DNA of 24,000 nucleotides from Ectobacillus panaciterrae DSM 19096 (GCF_000430785.1 NZ_KE387247.1:86301-110300); one strand, 5' to 3'; positions 9,081-17,347 are shown, counted from the first letter of the stretch. Notes: a model not told the origin generated them from the letters alone. Translations and numbers: made by a program.

Positions 9081-9836
9081 ATGACACAAACTAAGCTCGA
9101 ATCTAAAGCTTTTTCTGTCCTAAAGGATAAAATCCAATTAATTAAAACAAATGAAGGTGCAATTTACTTAGTAGGGCCCATTCGACTCCCAGTTAACTTG
9201 TATGGAGAAACAGTTGTTTTCCAATGGTATTGTTGGTTAAATTGTGCGGAAGTAACAGAAGATTATGAACGAATTATTGAGAAGTTATCTTCTGTAAATT
9301 TAGCTGAATTTCAACAATCAAGTGTTTTGGTTTACGGGGATTTTGAGCAAGCGGATGATGCTCTAATTAGAATGCATTCCATCTGTCATACTGGAGATAT
9401 ATTTGGAAGCAAGCGGTGTGATTGTGGTTTTCAACTAAAACAATCTATGCAGATGATTGTAGAACATGGTACAGGAGCACTATTTTATTTAGCCAATCAT
9501 GAAGGCAGGGGAATTGGCTTATTCAGTAAAGCGATGGCGTACGTTCTTCAAGAAAATGGGTATGACACAGTAGAAGCGAACGAAAGTCTTGGTTTTGTAG
9601 ACGACTCCAGAAACTACGGCGATGCTATTCAAGTTTTAAAAGCTTTACGTGTAAAACCTGTAACATTGATAACAAATAACCCTAAGAAACTGGAAGCATT
9701 AAAAAACTCTGGTATGCATGTTTCAGGAAGAACATCTTTATGGGGAGATGTTTCGGAATTTAATGAAAGATACTTACAAACAAAAATAAAGCGCTCTGGT
9801 CATTTAAAAGATGAGGAAACTTACCCGAATGACTAA
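9081..9836 (+). CDS. GTP cyclohydrolase II-like protein (RibA family)
   Basis: RMHSICHTGDIFGSKRCDCGFQLKQSM, LANHEGRGIGLFSKAMAYVLQENGYDTVEAN, ITNNPKK. Track ORF starts at 9072; the second ATG at 9081 fits the GGATGG context. Confidence 0.88.
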   Translation: MTQTKLESKAFSVLKDKIQLIKTNEGAIYLVGPIRLPVNLYGETVVFQWYCWLNCAEVTEDYERIIEKLSSVNLAEFQQSSVLVYGDFEQADDALIRMHSICHTGDIFGSKRCDCGFQLKQSMQMIVEHGTGALFYLANHEGRGIGLFSKAMAYVLQENGYDTVEANESLGFVDDSRNYGDAIQVLKALRVKPVTLITNNPKKLEALKNSGMHVSGRTSLWGDVSEFNERYLQTKIKRSGHLKDEETYPND

Positions 9837-10057
9837 CCATGAATTCGATATGGAGTTGGCTTTAAAAAATGCAAAATGATAAACTGATTTTATATATAGC
9901 GCCAAAAGTGATTGGTGGAAAGGCGGCTCCGAGCTTTTTAGAGGGTATGGGTGTTGTAAATATGAGAGATGCAATTGAATTTACAGATGTAGCATTCGTT
10001 CAGGTCAGTAAAGATTATAAATTTGTTGGTTACCCCATATATAGTGCAGCTACCTGA
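9829..10057 (+). pseudogene. Internally deleted RibD remnant (deaminase N-terminal tag plus reductase C-terminus)
   Basis: ATG at 9829 encodes MTNHEFDMELALKNAK-stop (RibD-like start). An offset frame from 9869 encodes LILYIAPKVIGGKAAPSFLEGMGVVNMRDAIEFTDVAFVQVSKDYKFVGYPI, matching the RibD reductase C-terminus. Confidence 0.72.
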
Positions 10058-10081
10058 CAACATAGGGAGGTAGGGAATGGA

Positions 10082-10654
10082 ATGAAATTCGGATTTGATA
10101 TCGATGATACATTAATTAATCTTAGAGAGCACGCGTTTCACTTGTACAATCAAAAGCTGAATCAAAATGTTGGGATTGATGTATTCCATGCTTTAAAAAC
10201 CGTTGAGATTCATGAGATTTTTGGATTGTCTGCAGAAGAGGGGAAGCAGATGTGGAATAGCTTACTGGAGGAAATCTATTATACATCTTGTCCTCCTTTT
10301 CCCCATGCAGTGGAAACCCTGCAAGAGCTAGAAAAAAAGGGCCATGAAGTATATTACGTGACAGCCCGCCCCAAGGAGCATGGCGAACGAACCAAGCAAT
10401 GGCTTATTAAGAATGGGTTTCCAGTTCATGAGAATCATTTTTTCTACGGAATGAATGATGAAGACAAAGTCCATATTATCCAAGAATTACAACTCGATTA
10501 TTTCTTTGATGATAAACCAACTGTTCTCGAAACATTGATTGATAAGCCGCTTAAAGTGTACGCAAAAAGAACTTCTTATAACCAACATCTTACGATTCCC
10601 AGTATTACAAACTGGTCAGAATTATGGGACATCATTAAGAATGATAGGAAATAA
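10082..10654 (+). CDS. HAD-superfamily 5'(3')-deoxyribonucleotidase-like / YqfW-like nucleotidase
   Basis: FGFDIDDTLINLREHAF motif I, VTARPKEH motif II, FFDDKPTVLE motif IV. Confidence 0.85.
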   Translation: MKFGFDIDDTLINLREHAFHLYNQKLNQNVGIDVFHALKTVEIHEIFGLSAEEGKQMWNSLLEEIYYTSCPPFPHAVETLQELEKKGHEVYYVTARPKEHGERTKQWLIKNGFPVHENHFFYGMNDEDKVHIIQELQLDYFFDDKPTVLETLIDKPLKVYAKRTSYNQHLTIPSITNWSELWDIIKNDRK

Positions 10655-10863
10655 AATACAAAACATACTGTAGGTACCATCTGACAGTAAGAAGAATAAT
10701 ATCGGATTGATAATGTTTCCACTTGAATAAATTTTGCTTTTCCATACTGAACACCATCCCTTTTCTAGGTTGATAGTATCAGTATGTTCAAGATTTAGAG
10801 ATTAGTTTTAAGTCAGCTGAAATTTTTGCCCCAGAATCCTTTTCTAAGTAAAAGATAAAAATT

Positions 10864-10913
10864 AAAAAACGCTCAAGAAACTTTGTATATTTAGGTTCCT
10901 TGAGTGTTTTTTA
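10864..10913. terminator. Bidirectional terminator-like hairpin
   Basis: aaaaaacgctcaagaaac...gttccttgagtgttttttaa; arms CGCTCAAGNAAC/GTTNCTTGAGTG flanked by A and T runs. Confidence 0.65.
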
Positions 10914-11165
10914 ATTCCTCTAACGGATTTTATGTTAACTTCACTTTACATGAGTATAATATTCATCTTAAAAGTTTAAAATATATAAGTTCATTTCGTT
11001 AGCAGGAAATTTATGTCCTATGTTTTTTTGCAATCATCTTTGCACCAGAACCTTTATTTTTGTACCCCTTTATGCTTCATTTCAACTACTTTCCACTTTA
11101 TTTCTGCAGGATAATGCATCCTTGTACCCATACGACATTGTCCCATTATCGGGGGGCGCTCCAAT

Positions 11166-11432
11166 ATGTTCGACTTTTTTAAACTGACCCTTTTCTTGTA
11201 TTGTGCTGTCATTGGCTTAGGGGATCTATTAAAAATGAAGTGTCCAAACAAGCTAAGCATTCCTATGGGCTTAATCATGTTTGGCTTGTCATTAGTTATA
11301 GCTTCTAGTTTCACAGAGCACCTCGATGTGGGGCTGCGTATTGTCCCCTATTACTTACATATCCCTTTTCAGATTGTCATCCCATTACTGCTTTTAGGGA
11401 TAAGCATGGTGAAGAAGTACATGTTCAGCTAA
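11166..11432 (+). pseudogene. C-terminal remnant of a GerAB/GerKB-type spore germination permease
   Basis: MFDFFKLTLFLYCAVIGLGDLLKMK...LDVGLRIVPYYLHIPFQIVIPLLLLGISMVKKYMF resembles the last ~85 residues of GerAB family permeases; no upstream portion. Confidence 0.6.
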
Positions 11433-11560
11433 TGACATATTTATGAAGATTAACTAAAAATGATTATCTTTACACACAGGAAACGCATTCATAATATAGC
11501 GTTAAAATTACCAAAATATAATAAGTCAGTCTATCGTCTAATTTTTAGGGGGAAAAACAA

Positions 11561-12871
11561 GTGTTCAAAAAAGATCTCAAAAAGAGGCTATTCCCTTTTG
11601 CAGTCGTTTCTTCTATTGCTGTTGGTGGTTTAATTGGTGCTCTATCAACACCAACTGTTGAAGCACAAAATAATCACAGGAAAGTAAAAAACGTTATATT
11701 TATGATTCCTGATGGTTTTTCTGCTTCTTACGCAACAAACTATCGCTGGTATAAAGGTCGAGAATCTCTTCTGGATTCAATATTAGTCGGTATGCATCGA
11801 ACTTATTCAGCAAATAAAGAAGTAACGGATTCAGCAGCAGCTGGAACAGCGATGGCGACTGGTGTGAAAACAAACAACGGAATGATTAGCACTTCACCAG
11901 AAGGCAAAGAGTTGAAAACCATTCTTGAAGCAGCTGAAGAAGAAGGGAAAGCATCCGGATTAGTCGCGACTTTAACTATTACACATGCGACTCCTGCCGC
12001 TTTCGCTTCACATGTTGCCGCGCGTGCAAATGAAACAGATATTGCACCGCAATTGCTAAAAAATGGAGTAGATGTCATTCTTGGAGGCGGAAAGAAATAT
12101 TTTCCTGATTCGCTTTTAAATAAAGCAAAAGGGAAAGGATACCAATATGTTAGTGACCGGGAACAGTTAGCTGCCGCAAAAAAAACAGACAAGCTAATCG
12201 GTTTATTTGCTGAAAAAGGCTTAGCGCCTGAGTTGGATCGAGATACAACAAACCAACCTAGCCTAGCGGAGATGAGTGAAAAAGCCCTTGAAGTTCTTAA
12301 TAAGGATAAAGACGGTTTCTTCTTAATGATTGAAGGTAGCCAAATTGATCGGGCAGGACATGCTCATGATGCAGCATGGGCAATGAAAGATACTGAAGCA
12401 TTCGAAGCAGCGCTGGCAAAAGTTTTGGAATTCGCGAAAAAGGATAAAAATACGTTAGTTGTTGTCGCTGGTGACCATGATACGGGCGGCATGTCTGTTG
12501 GCGGTTACGGTAAATATGATGCAAATGTTGAATTGCTTCGTAATGTAGCTGCAACGGGTAACTTTATGGCAGGCAAGTTGAACGCTGGCCGCAGCAATGT
12601 AAAAGAAGTAGTTAAACAGTATGCGAACATCGACCTTACAGATGAAGAAGCTAAAAGAATCAAAGCTGTAAAAAAGCCGGATATAGCAATTAACGAAGTA
12701 ATTTCTGAACGTGCATTAGTTGGATGGACAACTTCCCAGCATACTGGTACAGATGTTCCGCTATATGCATTCGGACCTTGCTCTAACCTGTTTAGCGGTT
12801 TACACAATAACACAGATTTGCCTCAATTAATGGCACAAGCTATGAAAATCCACTTTAGCCCATCTAAATAA
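11561..12871 (+). CDS. phoA: Alkaline phosphatase (secreted)
   Basis: Signal peptide; KNVIFMIPDGFSASYATNYRWYKG, VTDSAAAGTAMATG catalytic block, EGSQIDRAGHAHDA, VVAGDHDTGGM, TSQHTGTDVPLYAFG metal-ligand blocks. Confidence 0.96.
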   Translation: MFKKDLKKRLFPFAVVSSIAVGGLIGALSTPTVEAQNNHRKVKNVIFMIPDGFSASYATNYRWYKGRESLLDSILVGMHRTYSANKEVTDSAAAGTAMATGVKTNNGMISTSPEGKELKTILEAAEEEGKASGLVATLTITHATPAAFASHVAARANETDIAPQLLKNGVDVILGGGKKYFPDSLLNKAKGKGYQYVSDREQLAAAKKTDKLIGLFAEKGLAPELDRDTTNQPSLAEMSEKALEVLNKDKDGFFLMIEGSQIDRAGHAHDAAWAMKDTEAFEAALAKVLEFAKKDKNTLVVVAGDHDTGGMSVGGYGKYDANVELLRNVAATGNFMAGKLNAGRSNVKEVVKQYANIDLTDEEAKRIKAVKKPDIAINEVISERALVGWTTSQHTGTDVPLYAFGPCSNLFSGLHNNTDLPQLMAQAMKIHFSPSK

Positions 12872-12896
12872 TTGAGCCAGATGGAATTTTTTGAAT

Positions 12897-12933
12897 GAAA
12901 AACACTGCTGAATAACAACCAGCAGTGTTTTTC
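12897..12933 (+). terminator. Rho-independent terminator
   Basis: AAAAACACTGCTG-aataacaac-CAGCAGTGTTTTT after the alkaline phosphatase gene. Confidence 0.9.
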
Positions 12934-12944
12934 CTGTATCAAAC

Positions 12945-13139
12945 TATATAAATGGAACTAAAAAAATCGACATAAAAACTTTTCTTTTAGGGGGGAGAGA
13001 GCATCCGACTAAGCGTAGAAGCGGTCAAACCCTTTTCGTGGCCCATGCAGGGAGAGAGAGAGGGAGCGAGCGCAGTTTCCCTGTTGTTCTACGTGGCAAA
13101 CGATAGATATGTCGGAATAACAAAGTGGACTTATATATA
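12945..13139 (-). repeat. MITE-like repeat, copy D (diverged, abuts copy B)
   Basis: tatataaatggaactaaaaaaatcg ... catccgactaagcgtagaagcggtcaaacccttttcgtggcccatgcaggga ... gatatgtcggaat ... acttatatata aligns with the reverse orientation of copies A/C. Confidence 0.65.
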
Positions 13140-13309
13140 AGTGAATAAAAAACCGTTTATAGTGGGAAGAGATGATCCGGCGACGTGCAGAAGCGGTCAA
13201 ACCTTTGTAGTGGTTCATACAAGGGTAAACCAGAGAGAAGAAGCATACCATACTTCCTTTTGGTTGCACATAGCACATAAATGTCGAAATTATCATTCAC
13301 TCATATATA
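13132..13309 (-). repeat. MITE-like repeat, copy B
   Basis: TATATATAAGTGAATAAAAAACCG ... AATTATCATTCACTCATATATA; close inverted copy of 4137-4321. Confidence 0.82.
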
Positions 13310-13416
13310 GTTTGTTATTCAGAGAGTTGACTTCTTTAGAAACTGGAAAAAAGTTAAGTTGATCGCATTCATTTTCATTCTAGATACTGGCAGTATCGAA
13401 TTCAACTATTAGTCTA

Positions 13417-14274
13417 TTACTGTGAACGTCTGCGTCTGGAACTTCCGCGTGAGCGACGGTTAGATATTTGGTTGTCTTTGGATATAAGTAATATTAATAA
13501 GAATATAATCAAGGCTATAAGTATTCTATTAGTATTTGAGTTATTAGCCCTGACATCGCCTTGTAAACCAACAGAGTCAGCATCATTGAGCAATGCTGCA
13601 TGAGCACCTTGTAAACCAACAGAGTCAGCATCATTGAGCAATGCTGCATGAGCATCTTGTAAACCAACAGAGTCAGCATCATTGAGCAATGCTGCATGAG
13701 CATCTTGTAAACCAACAGAGTCAGCATCATTGAACAATGCTACATAAGCATCTTGTAAACCAACAGAGTCAGCATCGTTGAACAATTCTACATAATCATC
13801 TTGTAAACCAACAGAATCAGCATCGTTGGGCAATTCTACATAATCATCTTGTAAATCAACAGAGTCAGCATCGTTGAGCAATTCTACATAATCATCTTGT
13901 AAACCAACAGAGTCAGCATCGTTGAGCAATGCTGCATAATCATCTTGTAAACCAACAGAGTTAGCATTATTGAGCAATGCTGCATAATCATCTTGCAAAC
14001 TAACAGAGTTAGCATTATTGAGTAATTCTGTAAAATCACCTTGCAAACCAACAGAGTTAGCATCATTGAGTAATTCTGCAAAAGTAGCTTGCAAACCAAC
14101 AGAGTTAGCATCATTGAGTAATGTTGCAAAATCACCTTGAATACCACATAACTCTGGAAAGTGTTGTCTAAAGTATTGGCTAATACAATGAATATCATCA
14201 CTTTGATACGTATAGCCAAATTTGTTAGTAGTGTATGGCATATACTTTTGATGATGTTTTTTCCTAGAAGCCAT
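13417..14274 (-). CDS. Repeat protein: 12 x 16-aa repeats with C-terminal hydrophobic segment and Arg-rich tail; function unknown
   Basis: Repeats of consensus (D/G)(D/A)(Y/H/F)(A/V)(A/E)LLND(A/D)(N/D)SVGLQ followed by NRILIALIIFLLILLISKDNQISNRRSRGSSRRRRSQ. Strong RBS (GAGGAG) upstream of ATG 14274; the track start 14289 lies upstream of this RBS. Confidence 0.75.
   Translation of the reverse strand: MASRKKHHQKYMPYTTNKFGYTYQSDDIHCISQYFRQHFPELCGIQGDFATLLNDANSVGLQATFAELLNDANSVGLQGDFTELLNNANSVSLQDDYAALLNNANSVGLQDDYAALLNDADSVGLQDDYVELLNDADSVDLQDDYVELPNDADSVGLQDDYVELFNDADSVGLQDAYVALFNDADSVGLQDAHAALLNDADSVGLQDAHAALLNDADSVGLQGAHAALLNDADSVGLQGDVRANNSNTNRILIALIIFLLILLISKDNQISNRRSRGSSRRRRSQ
13561..14136. 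repeat. Tandem 48-bp repeat array, 12 units
   Basis: accaacagagtcagcatcattgagcaatgctgcatgagcatcttgtaa repeats at exact 48-bp spacing; 12 x 48 = 576 bp. Confidence 0.95.
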
Positions 14275-14361
14275 TTCTTCACTCCTCAATTAAACGCTTA
14301 ATAATACCTATACACATTCAATATATATAAAATTGAACAGATTGCTTGGACAGTCATCACT

Positions 14362-14424
14362 ATAGGATGAAAATTCATCCTATAAATTCATCCTATAAGG
14401 TTCCTATATAGCATTTCTATAGGT
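14362..14424. promoter_or_regulatory. Cluster of TATAGG/CCTATA palindromic half-sites (putative operator or structured leader)
   Basis: TATAGGATGAA-aa-TTCATCCTATA, then AATTCATCCTATA, then CCTATAtagcatttcTATAGG, upstream of the minus-strand repeat-protein gene. Confidence 0.4.
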
Positions 14425-14688
14425 GCTCTTTGGTTTTGCAGTATGAATGACAAGCTCAATTCTTCTATATGATGCAAAGAGGCAAATATCATGGACAAGT
14501 AGCAAATTACATTCTATTTAGAACAAAGAATGAGTGAAGGATTACTGGAATCTGGGTTATGTGAATTTTAATGAGTATCTAGCAGAATACGTTATACTTT
14601 TATTAAAATATAATTAGTCGATGCGTAAAAAGTGCCCGGCTTACGGACTCTTTTTGTACATGTTATATGTCAGATGCGGATTTAATAC

Positions 14689-14720
14689 TTTTTTAAGAAA
14701 TGGTTTAGAGAATGTTTAGC
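14689..14720 (+). promoter_or_regulatory. Putative response-regulator box, copy 1
   Basis: TTTTTTAAGAAATGGTTTAGAGAATGTTTAG; near-identical to 17261-17292, with TTTARR elements spaced 12 and 11 bp. Confidence 0.4.
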
Positions 14721-14771
14721 TTTATGCGGTACGATTGAAGCAGGATGGAACTCGGATAGAGGAGAATGTCT

Positions 14772-14825
14772 ATGGAAGCTTTTTGGCTGACCAATGTGCG
14801 CTTGGAGACAGAGGGGTATATATGA
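14772..14825 (+). pseudogene. Short RBS-preceded stub, possibly the N-terminus of an amidohydrolase
   Basis: AGAGGAG-8 nt-ATG; MEAFWLTNVRLETEGYI-stop resembles the first beta strand of amidohydrolase-superfamily proteins. Confidence 0.3.
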
Positions 14826-15064
14826 AGACGGGTTGATTAAAAAATAGAGCCTGCAGATTGTTCTTGACCTGAACACGCCATTATATATGATGCAAACCTT
14901 TTGTAAGAACGCATTGCACTATCAATCATTCTGTAGGGTTGCAAAATTTAGAGACAACAGTTGCGGGGTTTTTATGAGATGTGAAAAAAATACATCTGTG
15001 CACACTAAAGAGAGTGATGAGCGCTCTCTTTTAATACGAAAAAGAACATTAAGGATGAAAAAAT

Positions 15065-16507
15065 GTGTCGATTAAAACAAGGTTTTTGTTGTCTTATATC
15101 GCAGTTATATGTATTTCAATCATGTTGTTGTTTGCTGCCGGCTTTCTGATTCTTTTTACAATGACGGGAGATGTAAAATCCGTCCAGTATTTTTATAAGA
15201 ATTCGTATACGAATAAGCCCTTGACGGAAGCTGAAGAGAACGCGTTTCTTGATTTGAAGCTGCTGGCTAAACATACGCCGGAACAATTGCTGGACGAGAA
15301 GCAGCTGCAGGAAAAGAAAGGGACAGAAATTGTAATACGAAAAGGCAAGTCCATCGTATATGCATCTCCTTCCTTGAATAAAGAAGCATTGGCAAAATCT
15401 CTTCCTGCTTTTGAAGAGGCGAATATTAATACACGCGATACGATTCAAATGGATAACTCTTTTTTCACGTATGTGAAATTCGATTTTTATTTTTCTGATA
15501 AAGAGGAAGGAAGTATGTTTGTTTTACGCAAAGTAAGTTCTTATACGGAACTGGTCCGAAACCTATTCCCGATTCTGTTCGGCTTACTGCTGCTTTTACT
15601 TGTGATTACACTTGGTGTCGTGAACTATATCGTTTCACGCAGCGTTATCAAACCTCTCAATGTTCTGAAGCATGGAACGGAACGAATTAAGGAAGGGGAC
15701 TTGGACTTTCAGCTGCGGCCGCATTCAGGAGATGAAGTGGGACAGCTTACCCAATCGTTCGAGGATATGAGAAAGAGGTTGAAAGAATCCGTGGAAGTGC
15801 AGATTCAATACGAAGAAAACCGAAAGGAGCTTCTTTCCAACATTTCTCATGATTTGAAAACGCCCATCACTTCCATTTTAGGGTATGTAGAGGGAATACG
15901 GGACGGCGTGGCAAATACGCCGGAGAAGATAGACAAGTATTTAACGACAGTGTATACAAAAGCAAAAGACTTGGACTCGCTCATAGAGGAATTGTTTCTG
16001 TTTTCCAAGCTGGATTTGCAAAAAGTCCCTTTTGCGTTTGAAATGGTAAACCTTGTGCAATATATGCGGGACTATGTGGAAGAGCTGCAGCTCGATTTAC
16101 AGGACCAAGGAATAGAAGTGACATTGAAGCCCTCTTATCTTCATGTGATGTATGTAGAGATGGATCGTGAGAAGATAAAACGAGTGTTGTCGAATCTGAT
16201 AAATAATAGTGTAAAATATATGGATAAAGAGCATAAAAGCATAGACATCGTTTTAACCGATCGGCAACATTACGTCACTGTACAGGTGACGGATAATGGT
16301 CCGGGCATCGACGAAGCGGCGCTGCCGTATTTTTATCGTGCGGAGCGTTCACGAAGCAAGCATACGGGCGGAAGCGGTCTCGGCCTCGCGATTGCCAAAC
16401 AAATCGTTCAAGGGCACGGGGGAACAATCAGTGTCAGCAGTGAAACAGGAGCAGGGACGACCATCTTCTTTTCCTTACCGAAAGCAGAGACGGGGGATGT
16501 AAAGTGA
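15065..16507 (+). CDS. Membrane sensor histidine kinase (HAMP, HisKA, HATPase_c)
   Basis: Two TM segments, HAMP (SRSVIKPLNVLKHGTERIKEGDLDF), H-box ELLSNISHDLKTPITSILGYVEGI, N/G boxes INNSVKYM, VTDNGPGID, GGSGLGLAIAKQIVQGHGG. Confidence 0.96.
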   Translation: MSIKTRFLLSYIAVICISIMLLFAAGFLILFTMTGDVKSVQYFYKNSYTNKPLTEAEENAFLDLKLLAKHTPEQLLDEKQLQEKKGTEIVIRKGKSIVYASPSLNKEALAKSLPAFEEANINTRDTIQMDNSFFTYVKFDFYFSDKEEGSMFVLRKVSSYTELVRNLFPILFGLLLLLLVITLGVVNYIVSRSVIKPLNVLKHGTERIKEGDLDFQLRPHSGDEVGQLTQSFEDMRKRLKESVEVQIQYEENRKELLSNISHDLKTPITSILGYVEGIRDGVANTPEKIDKYLTTVYTKAKDLDSLIEELFLFSKLDLQKVPFAFEMVNLVQYMRDYVEELQLDLQDQGIEVTLKPSYLHVMYVEMDREKIKRVLSNLINNSVKYMDKEHKSIDIVLTDRQHYVTVQVTDNGPGIDEAALPYFYRAERSRSKHTGGSGLGLAIAKQIVQGHGGTISVSSETGAGTTIFFSLPKAETGDVK

Positions 16508-17190
16508 AAAGGATATTGATTGTAGAAGACGAAGTTAGTATTGCCGAATTGCAGCGGGATTATTTGGAAATCAATGGATTATATGTGGATATGGAATCAT
16601 CCGGAAAAGCAGGGCTTGATCGTGTTTTGCATGAAGGATACGATCTTATCATATTGGACATCATGCTTCCGGAGATAAACGGATTTGAAATCTGCAAGAA
16701 AATACGCGCGGTCACCAATGTGCCCATTTTGCTCGTATCCGCCAAAAAAGAAGAGATCGATAAAATTCGCGGTCTTGGTCTGGGGGCAGACGATTATATT
16801 ACAAAGCCGTTTAGCCCGAGCGAGCTTGTCGCACGAGTGAAAGCGCATCTGGCGCGTTACGAGCGGCTCGCGGGCAGTCGTTCCTCCCAAAATACGATAT
16901 ACGTGCATGGAATTTCTATTGATAAGGCGGCGCGCCGGGTGTATATCAATGATAAAGAAGTAATCTTCACCACAAAGGAATTTGATTTATTGACATTCCT
17001 TGTTATGCATCCGAATCAAGTATTGAGCAAGGAGCAATTATTCGAAAACATCTGGGGGTTCGATTCAGCCGGAGATGTATCTACTGTAACGGTTCATGTT
17101 CGTAAGTTGAGAGAAAAAATAGAAAGAGATCCGGCAAATCCACAATATTTAGAAACGGTTTGGGGAGCCGGCTACCGTTTCAATATATGA
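16504..17190 (+). CDS. OmpR/PhoB-family response regulator
   Basis: Receiver domain ILIVEDEVSIAELQRDYLE...LIILDIMLPEINGFE...KPFSPSEL, C-terminal winged helix EFDLLTFLVMHPNQVLSKEQLFENIWG...VTVHVRKLREKIE; GTG start overlaps the kinase stop by 4 bp. Confidence 0.96.
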   Translation: MKRILIVEDEVSIAELQRDYLEINGLYVDMESSGKAGLDRVLHEGYDLIILDIMLPEINGFEICKKIRAVTNVPILLVSAKKEEIDKIRGLGLGADDYITKPFSPSELVARVKAHLARYERLAGSRSSQNTIYVHGISIDKAARRVYINDKEVIFTTKEFDLLTFLVMHPNQVLSKEQLFENIWGFDSAGDVSTVTVHVRKLREKIERDPANPQYLETVWGAGYRFNI

Positions 17191-17201
17191 CCAAGTATAA
17201 A

Positions 17202-17232
17202 ATCCTGCCGTTAAAGAGGCAGGATTTTTTTA
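17202..17232 (+). terminator. Rho-independent terminator
   Basis: AAATCCTGCCgttaaagaGGCAGGATTTTTTT after the response regulator gene. Confidence 0.85.
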
Positions 17233-17260
17233 TAAGAAAAGTTTTCAGCTTTGTTTATAG

Positions 17261-17292
17261 TTTTTTAAGAAATGCTTTAGAGGGAGTTTAGA
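17261..17292 (+). promoter_or_regulatory. Putative response-regulator box, copy 2
   Basis: TTTTTTAAGAAATGCTTTAGAGGGAGTTTAGA, about 57 bp upstream of the secreted-protein ATG at 17348; matches 14689-14720. Confidence 0.45.
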
Positions 17293-17347
17293 CATGTCCG
17301 ATAAGATGAAGTCATGAAAGAAAGCAACCATAAAGGAGAGAAATATA

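Noticed and set aside
11054-11314. 86-aa minus-strand ORF
   Set aside because: Antisense to the GerB-like remnant; no family features.
12297-12813. Plus/minus ORFs antisense to the alkaline phosphatase gene
   Set aside because: Shadow ORFs of a strongly supported coding region.
13561-14136. Possible CRISPR array because of regular 48-bp repetition
   Set aside because: Units are contiguous with no unique spacers, and they translate into an in-frame 16-aa protein repeat with an RBS and a distinct head and tail.
13561-14136. Possible Ca-binding (RTX or thrombospondin type 3-like) repeats based on NDADSV
   Set aside because: The DxD spacing does not match the nonapeptide RTX or TSP3 patterns; not claimed.
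14682-14876. 64-aa minus-strand ORF
   Set aside because: No RBS or motif support; overlaps the promoter-like box and the amidohydrolase-like stub.
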